IMG/VR virus record: IMGVR_UViG_3300049601_000013
Span: 1-64,000 of that record
Reading direction: 5' to 3' (one strand)
DNA length: 64,000 nt
DNA from: a virus
The translations under genes and the position numbers were made by a program. This document shows, in pieces, positions 52,040 to 60,587 of this stretch. Numbering within the stretch: position 1 is the first letter of the stretch; each line of letters opens with the position of its first letter. Under the pieces are notes generated by a model. The model worked only from the letters and a program-made list of their open reading frames with translations, was not told the origin of the DNA and searched no databases.

Positions 52040-52053
52040 CGGCGGGCGTACTT
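52021..52053 (-). terminator. hairpin terminator
   Basis: AAGTACGCCCGCCG / CGGCGGGCGTACTT (14-bp stem), 12 nt after the stop at 52065. Confidence 0.6.
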
Positions 52054-52064
52054 ACGCGAGACGG

Positions 52065-53006
52065 TCAGATGTGGCAGTCGATGATGATCAGCACCGTGTC
52101 GGGGTCCACGCTCGCGATGCGGCCGTTGATCAGCTGGTCGTACGTCTCACGACTTTGCAGCGTGTCCGAGCTCATGCCGAACCAACCCATCTCACCGGGT
52201 GCCAGCCACTCGCCGTCTTGCGTCAGGTACGCGTACCCGGGCACGGCGCTGAGGACGGCGCGACGCACGTACTGCTCGCGTCCCCACTGGAAGTCGCTTA
52301 TGGGATTGCCGAAGAAGCCGTTCAGGTCGCGCGTCGCGGCGACTCGCGGCTGCTCGTGGTAGAACGTGCGCGCCTCGTCGACGTTGTCGAACATCTCCAG
52401 GGCCTCGCCCCACGTCACGGCCTCCGGCGTTCCCAGGATGGCGCGCTCGTACTTGTCCGCGTACTCGTTCGCCTCCCGCTCGACGCGCAGCCGCTGGCCG
52501 ACCAGGTCGAGCAGTCGGATGGGACCGCCGTCACATGCGTGCTGGCGCACCTCGTGACCCTCATTCATCCAGTCGATGCCTGAGATGATCAGTCGCTGCG
52601 CGTCGTCCGATGACATCTTCGTCATCATGGTGAAGTAGCCGCGCCACCGGCCACCGACGCACCACCAGTCCCACTTAGAGTCGGGGTTGTACGTCGTCAT
52701 CTCGTACGGGCAGTCGCGCTCGGCGTCATACAGCACCGCACGACCGCCGTCGCCCTTGTAGTGCAGGTTGTACGCGTCGACGAAGTCCGACCACGTGACC
52801 GTGTCAACGGCGGAGAGTCGCTCGGACGACTCGAGCACGTACTCGAATGACCAGTGCTCTTGCGGCGTGCCGCGGTCCCAGTAGCTGCGGTACTCCGGAA
52901 CCTCACGGTCCTCGTCGTACGGGGCCATAAGCTCCGCAACCTTGTCCTCGTACTCGGCCGGAGGCGTGCCCGCCGGCAGCTCCACGATCAGCGTGAAGTG
53001 TGACAT
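52065..53006 (-). CDS. hypothetical protein (conserved-looking, WDWWCVGGRWRGYF motif)
   Basis: 313 aa with clean coding bias and a terminator downstream. No nucleotide-binding motif. Confidence 0.55.
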   Translation of the reverse strand: MSHFTLIVELPAGTPPAEYEDKVAELMAPYDEDREVPEYRSYWDRGTPQEHWSFEYVLESSERLSAVDTVTWSDFVDAYNLHYKGDGGRAVLYDAERDCPYEMTTYNPDSKWDWWCVGGRWRGYFTMMTKMSSDDAQRLIISGIDWMNEGHEVRQHACDGGPIRLLDLVGQRLRVEREANEYADKYERAILGTPEAVTWGEALEMFDNVDEARTFYHEQPRVAATRDLNGFFGNPISDFQWGREQYVRRAVLSAVPGYAYLTQDGEWLAPGEMGWFGMSSDTLQSRETYDQLINGRIASVDPDTVLIIIDCHI

Positions 53007-53022
53007 CGTGTCTCCTTGTCTC

Positions 53023-53865
53023 TTACTTGCGAACGTACGCGTTGAGCGTGTCGTGAATTCCCCACCACGTCATGTGACCCTGTGAAGTTGAGAGCCACTG
53101 CCAGTCGCTCTCAAGCAGGTCGTAGAACGCGTCATCGGCGGTGCAGCCACCCGCGTCTTCGCCGGCGTAGATCAGCATATCACCCGCGTAGTCACGCAGC
53201 GCCTCGTACGCCCACGACGTCTCGTAGCCGGGCCACGACATCAGCAGCACGTCGGCCCCGTGCTCCTTCACCACCGTGTGATCGCGGCGAAGCACCCGTG
53301 TGAACTTCTTCCGGGTGGTGAAGTAGAAGTTGTCATCGCCGGGAATGTGAGGGTCGTACGGGTGCACCGTAACTCCCGCCTGCCGCAGCATCCACGCCCA
53401 GTAGCCGCGACCCGCTCCCAGCTCGACGACGGCTCGGTCTCCGATGAGCTGCTTCATCCAGGCGATGTCATCGGGTGTGCAGATGGAGAAGGTGAAGGCG
53501 GTGCTCAGCCCCTGACGGTCGAGACCCATCGTGATGAGCTCGTCGAGAACCTTCGGCTCGAGCTCGAACAGCGGCAGCTGAACCTTGGGCATGCTGCCGC
53601 AATAGCACGCCTCACACGTCGTGGGGAACCAGCGGATGATGTCCCACAGTGGGTTCTCGTCGATCAGGTGTGTGAACTGGTCGTGAGGTCCGGCCACGAT
53701 GGGCAGCATGGTACGACGACCAACGTTCGTGGCCCGGTAGGACGCTGACTGCACGTCACTGCGAAGCTGAATGCCGTCGACGTCATCACGATCCCACAGG
53801 TCACGCATCATGGCCACCGCATCATCGGGGGCGCAGCGCAGCGGCTTCCACGGCGTCTTCGTCAT
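53023..53865 (-). CDS. SAM-methyltransferase-like protein
   Basis: AVVELGAGRGYWAWML (motif I), VHPYDP (motif II-like) and ADVLLMSWP. Confidence 0.5.
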   Translation of the reverse strand: MTKTPWKPLRCAPDDAVAMMRDLWDRDDVDGIQLRSDVQSASYRATNVGRRTMLPIVAGPHDQFTHLIDENPLWDIIRWFPTTCEACYCGSMPKVQLPLFELEPKVLDELITMGLDRQGLSTAFTFSICTPDDIAWMKQLIGDRAVVELGAGRGYWAWMLRQAGVTVHPYDPHIPGDDNFYFTTRKKFTRVLRRDHTVVKEHGADVLLMSWPGYETSWAYEALRDYAGDMLIYAGEDAGGCTADDAFYDLLESDWQWLSTSQGHMTWWGIHDTLNAYVRK

Positions 53866-54125
53866 CAGATTTCCAACGTGACGTCGTTGATGGTTCCGGT
53901 GCGCACCCGCTGGATCAGCTCGGCGCCCTTCCGCGTGAAGCGGTACTCGTCTCGCACGCGCGTCATGAGGCCGTGCACCACCATCTTATCCAGCGTGTTG
54001 CCGGCGTCGCGCGACGACAGTCCCAGCTCCGTCTTCAAGATCTCGACGGTCAGCGGTCGCGGGTGCGTGCCGGTGTCCGCGAGCTTAAGCGCGTTCCAGC
54101 GGGTACGCGTCAGGTAGATCTTCAC
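53865..54125 (-). CDS. winged-helix (MarR-like) DNA-binding protein
   Basis: LTVEILKTELGLSSRDAGNTLDKMVVHGLMTRVRDEYRFTRKG. Confidence 0.55.
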   Translation of the reverse strand: MKIYLTRTRWNALKLADTGTHPRPLTVEILKTELGLSSRDAGNTLDKMVVHGLMTRVRDEYRFTRKGAELIQRVRTGTINDVTLEI

Positions 54126-54358
54126 GCTTCACCTTCCTCATCATCGTCATCATCTGCCCACTCGGAGATCACGGTCCAGTTGAGCAGCATCGTCGCGCAC
54201 GCGCTGGAGCTGAGCATCAGCGCGATCACGAGAAGCATAAGCTCGCCGGTGTTGGCCCGCGCCAGGTCTTCCGTGAAGATAAGGAAGCCTAGCAGAAACG
54301 CGAGTGCGGTGACCGAGCCGCCGATCGAGATGACCAGCGAGCGCACGGGATCCCTCAC
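54122..54358 (-). CDS. small membrane protein (2 TM) with acidic tail
   Basis: GTG 54358 forms a GTGA overlap. Contains SLVISIGGSVTALAFLLGFLIF and LMLLVIALMLSSSACATMLL, and ends DDDDDEEGEA. Confidence 0.45.
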   Translation of the reverse strand: MRDPVRSLVISIGGSVTALAFLLGFLIFTEDLARANTGELMLLVIALMLSSSACATMLLNWTVISEWADDDDDEEGEA

Positions 54359-54756
54359 CGTGAGACTTCCTCGCGCAGCAGCCGCATCGCCCAGTTGTCG
54401 ACGGAGCTGCCGGTGCCGGTGACGTCCTGGGGGTTGCCGATGTGCCACATGTGGTGCCGGTCGCAGTAGTACGCGTGGAGTCGCTCACGCGGCTCGCGCG
54501 CCAGGTTGTGCTGGCGCGCCGCGCGGTCCGCATCATCCGGCGTGTAGTAGCAGTACTTCGGGTCGTCACGGTCCGTCCAGCACGACCGCGGGTGCTCCTT
54601 GACGTCCGGGGCCGCCACTCCCGCGCAGTCGTATGAGCAGTACTGCCGGTCGATCACGATGAACGTGAACGCCCCTCGACAGCCACGGCACTTCTTACGC
54701 TCGGGAAAGAGAAGCTGGTCAGACCTCTCGCGACTCGTCTTACTGGTCGCCATCAT
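54355..54756 (-). CDS. zinc-finger protein
   Basis: KKCRGCRG...YCSYDC and HAYYCDRHHMWHIGN. ATG 54756 follows GAGAGGGTGACA; the start is uncertain. Confidence 0.45.
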   Translation of the reverse strand: MMATSKTSRERSDQLLFPERKKCRGCRGAFTFIVIDRQYCSYDCAGVAAPDVKEHPRSCWTDRDDPKYCYYTPDDADRAARQHNLAREPRERLHAYYCDRHHMWHIGNPQDVTGTGSSVDNWAMRLLREEVSR

Positions 54757-55537
54757 TGTCACCCTCTCGGAGCGCGGCACGCGCCCGGTCGACCTGCGTG
54801 ACGGCCTCGCGCAGCCGCGTCACCGAGACGCCGCGCTCGAAGTCACGTGACATGAACCTCTTAATGATCGACTCGTCATCATTCGTCGGCGACGTGATCG
54901 GCGGTCGCGGCGAGATGTCGTACGCTACCACGCCGTCACTCACGGTCCACGTGACCGGCGCCGTCGCCTCGAGCTCGTACTCGAACGTGAGCTCGCCGTC
55001 GGCGTCGAACGTGTCCGGCATCTCACGGTCATTGAGCAGCTGGACCTGCATTCGCAGGTACGGAAATGCGGCCGCGATCGCTGTGAGGTCGCAGTGCATC
55101 TCGTGCGCGGTCGGCCACTTGCCGACGTTGTACCGTGAGGTGCCGATCGTGCCGTCCCAGTCGCACCAGCCGTGAGGACCGCCGACGTACGCGGACACAA
55201 TCCGGCTGTTCTGCATGTTGTGCAGGTCGAGGACGCCGAGCTCCGCGCCACGCGCGTCGATCGCCGCCCACTGCGTACGGTGCCGGGCGAGGCGCGCGTC
55301 GGCGTCCTCACCGTAGTCCGCAACGTAGTCCGCCGGAAGGCCGAGCTCGCGGCGGACGGTGTCCAGCCAGGACTTGTCATTGCTGAAGATGAAGTTGACG
55401 TCCGTCGTACGAATGATGATCTCGTTCGCCTGCTCCTGGGTCACCTGATCGCCGGTGACGAGCAGCCGTGGCCACTTCACATAGTCGATGTTCAGCAGGT
55501 CCGGAAGCTCCGGCGGGTCGTTGTTCACGTCAATCAT
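54740..55537 (-). CDS. hypothetical protein
   Basis: 265 aa. It is the first gene after the hairpin and promoter at 55583-55629, with good coding bias. Confidence 0.55.
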   Translation of the reverse strand: MIDVNNDPPELPDLLNIDYVKWPRLLVTGDQVTQEQANEIIIRTTDVNFIFSNDKSWLDTVRRELGLPADYVADYGEDADARLARHRTQWAAIDARGAELGVLDLHNMQNSRIVSAYVGGPHGWCDWDGTIGTSRYNVGKWPTAHEMHCDLTAIAAAFPYLRMQVQLLNDREMPDTFDADGELTFEYELEATAPVTWTVSDGVVAYDISPRPPITSPTNDDESIIKRFMSRDFERGVSVTRLREAVTQVDRARAALREGDNDGDQ

Positions 55538-55582
55538 CCTCTCTCGTGCTCCGTCAGCGTCGTGCCGTATCCAGCTAAGATT

Positions 55583-55611
55583 ATCTTACCATGATCCGGC
55601 ACGATCGGCAA
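55583..55611 (-). promoter_or_regulatory. possible promoter
   Basis: Minus-sense TTGCCG, 17 nt spacer, TAAGAT. The -35 lies inside the hairpin 55596-55629. Confidence 0.3.
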
Positions 55612-55629
55612 AAAAGCCGATCGTGCCGG
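55596..55629 (-). terminator. hairpin terminator (14-bp stem, A6/U6 loop)
   Basis: CCGGCACGATCGGC aaaaaa GCCGATCGTGCCGG, 10 nt after the stop at 55639. Confidence 0.5.
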
Positions 55630-55638
55630 GTCAGCGGC

Positions 55639-56607
55639 CTACACGTGCACGGTGATCCAGTCGCGAGCGAGCTGCACCAGCTCGTGAAGTGTTCGTCCGG
55701 AGCAGCGTTCCACCTGCAGCGCCATGTCGCGCAGCGCACGTCCCGCCGTCAGCGGACTCTCAACCTCCTCACGCACGTGCCGGTAGATGACGCCCATGAC
55801 CAGGGCCGCCGCGTCATCGAACGACTCATCGCCGATCAGTATGAGGTGCGCGTCCGGAAAGCGAGGCTCGTGCGTGTCGACGTCGATGCGAGCCGGTGAG
55901 ACCTCGCGAGCCTTCCGCAAGTCATCCGCCGACAGCTCCCCGTCGGGCAGGTACACACCCGCGAGGTCGAGGCCGGCGCGACGTGCCTCCGCGTAGTAGA
56001 TCTCCGTGAACTCGGCGAGGTGACGGTTCACCAAGATTGACACCGCACGGTCACCCGCGGTACGTCGCACCACCTTCTTCTCACCCTGCTCCGCGGGTCC
56101 GCCGCGCGCAAGTGCGCCACACTCGCCCTGGCGCAGCTCCACGGACGCGACCATCTCGACGAGCAGCGCGCGCCACTCGTCATCTTCCGGAGACGGGTTG
56201 CGCAGCTTGCTGAGGCTCGACAGCTGCAGCTCCACCCGCTTACGCAGGCTCACCAGCGCGTCGCGCCAGCGCGCGATGACCTGCGCGTGTCGCAGGAACT
56301 CACCGTCTGACGGGTCAAGCTGACCCGTGACGTCGGCGATGACCACGTTGGCGAATGAGTTCTCATCCATTCCCAAGATGTGACCAAGCCCGTGGACCTG
56401 GACCTCGGGAATGTTCGTGATCTCTTCCTGCCGCCGCTTCGTCAGGTGGAATGACCCGCAGCCGCAGTGGTACGTGTAGAGCGGAAAGCCCACGCTGCGG
56501 CTGCGCACGTTCGCCGCATTTCGCGCCGCACCACGCGTTAGGTAGCGCACCTTGCGCGGCGTTGGGCAGTTGGAACGGTTAGCCTGCGTCTCCGTCATGG
56601 TCGGCAT
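55639..56607 (-). CDS. hypothetical protein with N-terminal zinc-ribbon motif
   Basis: CPTPRKVRYLTRGAARNAA...YTYHCGCGSFHLTK. An alternative ATG at 56598 has better SD spacing. Confidence 0.55.
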   Translation of the reverse strand: MPTMTETQANRSNCPTPRKVRYLTRGAARNAANVRSRSVGFPLYTYHCGCGSFHLTKRRQEEITNIPEVQVHGLGHILGMDENSFANVVIADVTGQLDPSDGEFLRHAQVIARWRDALVSLRKRVELQLSSLSKLRNPSPEDDEWRALLVEMVASVELRQGECGALARGGPAEQGEKKVVRRTAGDRAVSILVNRHLAEFTEIYYAEARRAGLDLAGVYLPDGELSADDLRKAREVSPARIDVDTHEPRFPDAHLILIGDESFDDAAALVMGVIYRHVREEVESPLTAGRALRDMALQVERCSGRTLHELVQLARDWITVHV

Positions 56608-57004
56608 CCTCTGTCATCGTGTCGGTGGAAACTTCACGCTCAAGCCGACTCTCCACGATGACGTAGTCACCCGCATTCGTGAAGATCCGCTCGGCGTCCA
56701 AGATCCGTGCGCGCGTGTCAGCGCACACGAATACGTACGGCTTCTCACTTCGTGTTCCGGCGTAGCGCATGGACAAGAATGCGTCCGGACGGTGGATCAT
56801 CGTGAGCTCGGCGCGCTGGAACGGGGTCAGGCCGTCGACGTCCGAGTCGGTGGCGGTCGGGTGCCAGACGCGCACGACGTCACCCACGACGTCGAACACG
56901 TACCCCACGGGTCCCATGTGAGGCAGCCGCGTCAGGGCGACGACGTCGCCGGCACGAACAGCACTCCACGGACTTGCCACCGCTGTGATCACGTTGCTTG
57001 TCAT
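56579..57004 (-). CDS. hypothetical protein
   Basis: 141-aa ORF preceded by a hairpin terminator upstream. Its acidic C-terminus overlaps the next gene. Confidence 0.5.
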   Translation of the reverse strand: MTSNVITAVASPWSAVRAGDVVALTRLPHMGPVGYVFDVVGDVVRVWHPTATDSDVDGLTPFQRAELTMIHRPDAFLSMRYAGTRSEKPYVFVCADTRARILDAERIFTNAGDYVIVESRLEREVSTDTMTEDADHDGDAG

Positions 57005-57027
57005 ATGGCGTACTTCCTTGGGTGAGG

Positions 57028-57055
57028 CGTCCTCCGTGTGGCGGCACGGAGGACG
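57028..57055 (-). terminator. hairpin terminator
   Basis: CGTCCTCCGTG / CACGGAGGACG stem between stop 57064 and start 57004. Confidence 0.45.
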
Positions 57056-57063
57056 GCGATCGG

Positions 57064-57306
57064 CTATGTGACGGTGAGCCAGCGCGTGACGGCGGCCAGC
57101 GCCGTCGCGTAGCTCTCTTGGGCGGTGATCTCGTCGGTCATCCGCTGGACCTCCGACCGCGCCTCCGGCTTGAGCATGATCTCGTTGGTCGTGAGGTGCT
57201 GGTAGAGTGACGTCCTCGCGTGAGCGATGACTCCGAAGATGTTCCCGTTTTGGCCACTCAGCTCGACCACGCAGTCCGGGTACTTGATGACTTCTTCCAC
57301 GGTCAC
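57064..57306 (-). CDS. hypothetical small protein
   Basis: 80 aa, with an ATGA-type overlap with the upstream gene. Confidence 0.45.
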   Translation of the reverse strand: MTVEEVIKYPDCVVELSGQNGNIFGVIAHARTSLYQHLTTNEIMLKPEARSEVQRMTDEITAQESYATALAAVTRWLTVT

Positions 57307-57698
57307 TTCCTCAGGTTCGCGATGAACTCTTCGATCGCACGTGCCATGGCGACCGTGTCGGCTCGCCAGTCAACGACCGCGCTGGTGGCGCTCTTCCATA
57401 CCTCATCGCCGTGCACGATCTCGAACGGCTCGCCGTTCAACATCGCGTCCTCGTTGGCATAGTAGAGCACGAGCCAGCCGGTGAACCTCTCACGGTCTTC
57501 CTCGGTGAGGCAGACGGTGGAGTTTCCGTTGGTGACGGAGACGTACGCGGTCTCGATCGCCGGGTCATCGTGCTTGACCTCGACCTCCACGGAGGTGCAC
57601 CCGCCGCCGGTGTGCCACAGCGAGCCGTCGACGCCGTGACGTCCCAGCTCACTGATCACGAGCTGAACGGACGCGTACTTGTCGATACTCTCACTCAT
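57303..57698 (-). CDS. hypothetical protein
   Basis: 131 aa. It is the first gene behind the TTGACT-17-TATAGT promoter. Confidence 0.5.
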   Translation of the reverse strand: MSESIDKYASVQLVISELGRHGVDGSLWHTGGGCTSVEVEVKHDDPAIETAYVSVTNGNSTVCLTEEDRERFTGWLVLYYANEDAMLNGEPFEIVHGDEVWKSATSAVVDWRADTVAMARAIEEFIANLRK

Positions 57699-57743
57699 CG
57701 TGTCTCCCGTCGTGTCCTCGCCGGTTGTTCCGGCGATGTTACT

Positions 57744-57772
57744 ACTATATCACACATGCTAGGTCGAGTCAA
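57744..57772 (-). promoter_or_regulatory. sigma70-like promoter
   Basis: Minus-sense TTGACT, 17 nt spacer, TATAGT with catgtgtga upstream of the -10. The -10 context is nearly identical to the 17709 promoter. Confidence 0.6.
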
Positions 57773-57778
57773 TCACGC

Positions 57779-58051
57779 TCAGTTACATGATGTGGCGATG
57801 GCCGCGAAGGCGTGTGCATCTTCCTCATCCGTGCTGATGCCCAGCACGTGGTAGGCGTGGCGGGTATCGACGGCCGTCTCACGGGGGTCGAAGTCCGTCA
57901 CGCCGACCATGCTGTCGCCGCGCCGCCAGACGTACCATAGGGTGATGCCGTGCGCGCCCTCGGTCGCGACACCTTCATCATCAAACTCATCGTGAAAGCC
58001 GCCGACATCTTGAAAGATGTTGCGGCCCACGATGCGACAGAGGGCGCACAT
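57779..58051 (-). CDS. hypothetical small protein
   Basis: ATG 58051 follows TAGGAGATCGC. This is the downstream part of the 57779..58285 ORF. Confidence 0.4.
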   Translation of the reverse strand: MCALCRIVGRNIFQDVGGFHDEFDDEGVATEGAHGITLWYVWRRGDSMVGVTDFDPRETAVDTRHAYHVLGISTDEEDAHAFAAIATSCN

Positions 58052-58059
58052 GCGATCTC

Positions 58060-58551
58060 CTAACCTTGTGCGGTGATGTCGGCGGTGGTCAGGATCCCGA
58101 TGCGAAGCGCGATGGCCACGGCGTGTGCCGCGTTGCGCGCTCCCAGCGCCGCGTACGCGTTGCCCAGGTACGTCTTGACGGTCTGCGGTGAGATGCCGAG
58201 CATCGCCCCGATCTCCGCCGACTGGTGCCCCATGGCGACGCCAATGAGCATGCGCTTCTCGCGATCGGTGAGCACGTAAGAGCACGCGCGCTGCCGGCGG
58301 GTGGGCGGTCGCTTGGCCGCGTACGGCAGCTGCAAGATCACGGGACGAAGTCCGTCGACCATGCGTCGGATGTCGGTGTGACTCAGCTCCAAGTGACCCT
58401 CCACCGACGCGCGAGCCAGCGCCTGAAAGAGGCGCTGGCCCAGTCCGTCCAGCGTCGACTGGCGCGTCGCACGTGGTGCGTCAGCGGTCGCCGCCGTCGA
58501 CGGTCGTGACCTGTGCCGTGGTACCTCGTTGTGTGCGTTACTGGGCAGCAC
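58060..58551 (-). CDS. LuxR/GerE-type HTH regulator
   Basis: C-terminal LTDREKRMLIGVAMGHQSAEIGAMLGISPQTVKTYLGNAYAALG. GTG 58551 follows GAGGAGGAACGAC. Confidence 0.65.
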   Translation of the reverse strand: MLPSNAHNEVPRHRSRPSTAATADAPRATRQSTLDGLGQRLFQALARASVEGHLELSHTDIRRMVDGLRPVILQLPYAAKRPPTRRQRACSYVLTDREKRMLIGVAMGHQSAEIGAMLGISPQTVKTYLGNAYAALGARNAAHAVAIALRIGILTTADITAQG

Positions 58552-59170
58552 GTCGTTCCTCCTCGACCGTAAGAGCCGCGCGAACGCGCACCAGCTCATC
58601 GTCCTTCGCCCGACCGTTCTCCACACGCCACAGCGCGCTCACCGTCAGTTCACAGCGTCGTGCCAGCTCGCCACGTGAAAGGCCGAGCGCCTCCCTGCGG
58701 ACGCGCTCGCCGGCCGCCTGGTCTACCTGCCGCGCATCGGCGACGGGTGTCTCAGCGGGCGACTCGGTCGACGCTACGGCCGGTTCGGCGACCACAGGCT
58801 CGGCGGCCGGTTCGGCGGCCGTGGCCGAGGTGACGTCGGTCGGCTGGGCGGCCGTGTCGTTGTCATCACGTGCTCCTCGTCGCGTCGCGTGACGCCGTTC
58901 GGTCGCGGACAGCGGCCGCACCTGGGGGTCCACATCGTCATCCGTCAGAACGACGTAGTAGGCATCCTCACTGGCGGCGTGCCGATGAAAGGCGCTCATG
59001 TCGAGCACGACCTTCACCATGCGCTGGTGCGACCGCTCGGCGGTGTAGTGCCAGACGCCCGTGACGCGGCGCCAGCGGCCTAGGGCGTCATCCCACACGA
59101 GGTCATTCTGCTCGAGCTGCGTCACATGACGCGAGATCGAGTTGCCCACCGGTTCACGTGAGTTGTTCAC
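58538..59170 (-). CDS. XRE/Cro-type HTH protein with long N-terminal domain
   Basis: C-terminal RVRREALGLSRGELARRCELTVSALWRVENGR. Confidence 0.55.
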   Translation of the reverse strand: MNNSREPVGNSISRHVTQLEQNDLVWDDALGRWRRVTGVWHYTAERSHQRMVKVVLDMSAFHRHAASEDAYYVVLTDDDVDPQVRPLSATERRHATRRGARDDNDTAAQPTDVTSATAAEPAAEPVVAEPAVASTESPAETPVADARQVDQAAGERVRREALGLSRGELARRCELTVSALWRVENGRAKDDELVRVRAALTVEEERRAAQ

Positions 59171-59212
59171 AGCATCACCTCATCTTATCGTGTCGACCAA
59201 TGTGCTCATAGG

Positions 59213-59240
59213 TTGATAGTAGCACACGTGGTAAGATCAA
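59213..59240 (-). promoter_or_regulatory. possible promoter
   Basis: Minus-sense TTGATC, 16 nt spacer, TATCAA, with the shared ccacgtgtg element upstream of the -10. Confidence 0.35.
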
Positions 59241-59260
59241 GCCAACGTCGTCGACGGAAG

Positions 59261-59290
59261 GGCCACCCGCGCAGCGAGCCGCGGGTGGCC
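59261..59290 (-). terminator. hairpin terminator
   Basis: GGCCACCCGCG / CGCGGGTGGCC stem, 10 nt after the stop at 59300. Confidence 0.5.
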
Positions 59291-59299
59291 TTCTTCCGA

Positions 59300-60097
59300 T
59301 CACTTATCCGTCGTCGTGGTCGCCGGCCGCGCCGCCGCGGTGCCCTTTCCGTTGCCCACCAGCGTGCGCCGCAGCCGGAAGGTTCGACCGTACCACACGC
59401 CGTGGCTGATGTCGCCGTTGTCGTACAGCTCTTCCAGGTACGTGGTGACGATGTCCAGGTACAGGCCGGCGATCTCTTCCGGCGTGTGGTCGCCCTCACT
59501 CCGCTCACGTGCGGTGTTCGCCCAAGCGAAGCCATCACCGGCGGAGTCGAACGTGGGCGGGTTCTCCAGCAGCGCGTAGGCGCTGGTGGCCCACATGGTC
59601 AGTCCCTGGTGCTGCACGAACTCGTTGCGGCTGTCCGGCACCACGGTGTGCGCGACCTTCTTACTCTTCGCGCTCTTCCCGCTCTTCACGCTCTTCGTCG
59701 ACGTCGGTGCGGTCGGCGGCGCCGTGATCGCGTTCATGATCTCATCGATCTTCGCGTCGGCGTCGTCATCGACCGGTGCCGGTGCGATCGGCAACGCCTC
59801 GGCGACGGCGATCTCATCGACCACATCCTCGGCGACCTCGGTCGTGATGAGCAGCTCGAAGATCGCGGGCTTCGAGTCGGTGTTCTTGTACAGCGAGCCG
59901 AAGTCCACCATCGACTTGACCATCTTGCGGACGGTGGTCTCCGACCGACCGGACTTCTCCACCAGGCCGGCGACCGTCTGCGGTCCCAGTTCGGCGATCA
60001 CGTGCTCGATCCACGCGGCGTCGAAGACGGCCGGCTGCGCCTGGACCTCGGTCCCGTTCTCCAAAATGACGGTCTCGGATGCGATAACAACGGTCAT
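59300..60097 (-). CDS. putative DNA-binding protein (N-terminal wHTH-like)
   Basis: ATG 60097 follows AAGGA, downstream of the TTGACA-17-TAGATT promoter. N-terminus LGPQTVAGLVEKSGRSETTVRKMVKSMVDFGSLY. The centre is acidic then Lys/Ser-rich. Confidence 0.5.
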   Translation of the reverse strand: MTVVIASETVILENGTEVQAQPAVFDAAWIEHVIAELGPQTVAGLVEKSGRSETTVRKMVKSMVDFGSLYKNTDSKPAIFELLITTEVAEDVVDEIAVAEALPIAPAPVDDDADAKIDEIMNAITAPPTAPTSTKSVKSGKSAKSKKVAHTVVPDSRNEFVQHQGLTMWATSAYALLENPPTFDSAGDGFAWANTARERSEGDHTPEEIAGLYLDIVTTYLEELYDNGDISHGVWYGRTFRLRRTLVGNGKGTAAARPATTTTDK

Positions 60098-60138
60098 GTC
60101 AATCAGTCCTTTGTCTTGTCGTGTTCCTGACAACGACC

Positions 60139-60167
60139 AATCTATCACACGTGGTGTAGTGTGTCAA
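60139..60167 (-). promoter_or_regulatory. sigma70-like promoter
   Basis: Minus-sense TTGACA, 17 nt spacer, TAGATT, with ccacgtgtga upstream of the -10. Confidence 0.6.
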
Positions 60168-60206
60168 CGGCGAGTGGTGAACTTCACAAGATTCTTTCCA
60201 AGCGCG

Positions 60207-60243
60207 CGTGAGGCGCCCACGTGGGATACGTGGACGCCTCACG
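60207..60243 (-). terminator. compound hairpin
   Basis: CGTGAGGCG-CCACGT...ACGTGG-CGCCTCACG, 12 nt after the stop at 60255. Confidence 0.45.
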
Positions 60244-60254
60244 TGCCTCGACTA

Positions 60255-60560
60255 CTACGGCAGGGGCACGCACTTCGCCGAGCCGCCGTTACGGTAACGC
60301 GCCTCGATGATGCGCACGTCACGCGCGATGACCTGGAGCATCCAGCACTCCACGTGAGCCGGGCGGTACTCACCCTGCTCGTAGTAGGCCCGCGCCCGGT
60401 GGTCGATGAGCTCATTGCAGATGCCGCAGGGTGTCGTCACGTGCGTGACCAGCAGCTGGACGATCCAGCTGGGCACCTCGCGGTCGCGGGTGCTGACGAG
60501 GATGAGCTCGTCCGGCACGTTGGCGGTGTTCACGTTGATGCGGGGAATGATCGTGGTCAT
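60255..60560 (-). CDS. small CxxC...HxxC zinc-finger protein
   Basis: TPCGICNELIDHRARAYYEQGEYRPAHVECW. Confidence 0.45.
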   Translation of the reverse strand: MTTIIPRINVNTANVPDELILVSTRDREVPSWIVQLLVTHVTTPCGICNELIDHRARAYYEQGEYRPAHVECWMLQVIARDVRIIEARYRNGGSAKCVPLP

Positions 60561-60587
60561 GTCACTGTCCTATCTCTCGTCGTGAAC

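Noticed and set aside
52065-53006. Candidate terminase large subunit (a largish gene upstream of the portal)
   Set aside because: No Walker A/B or nuclease motifs were seen. No ORF between the portal and 60.9 kb looks like a terminase, so the terminase is presumably outside this window.
55596-55629. 14-bp-stem palindrome considered as an attP core or replication origin element
   Set aside because: It is a single copy sitting exactly between a stop codon and the next promoter. It is best explained as an intrinsic terminator; no iterons or flanking AT-rich region are present.
58060-60097. Calling the element temperate on the basis of HTH regulators
   Set aside because: No integrase, excisionase, partition system or attachment-site signature was found in the window. 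HTH proteins alone do not establish lysogeny.
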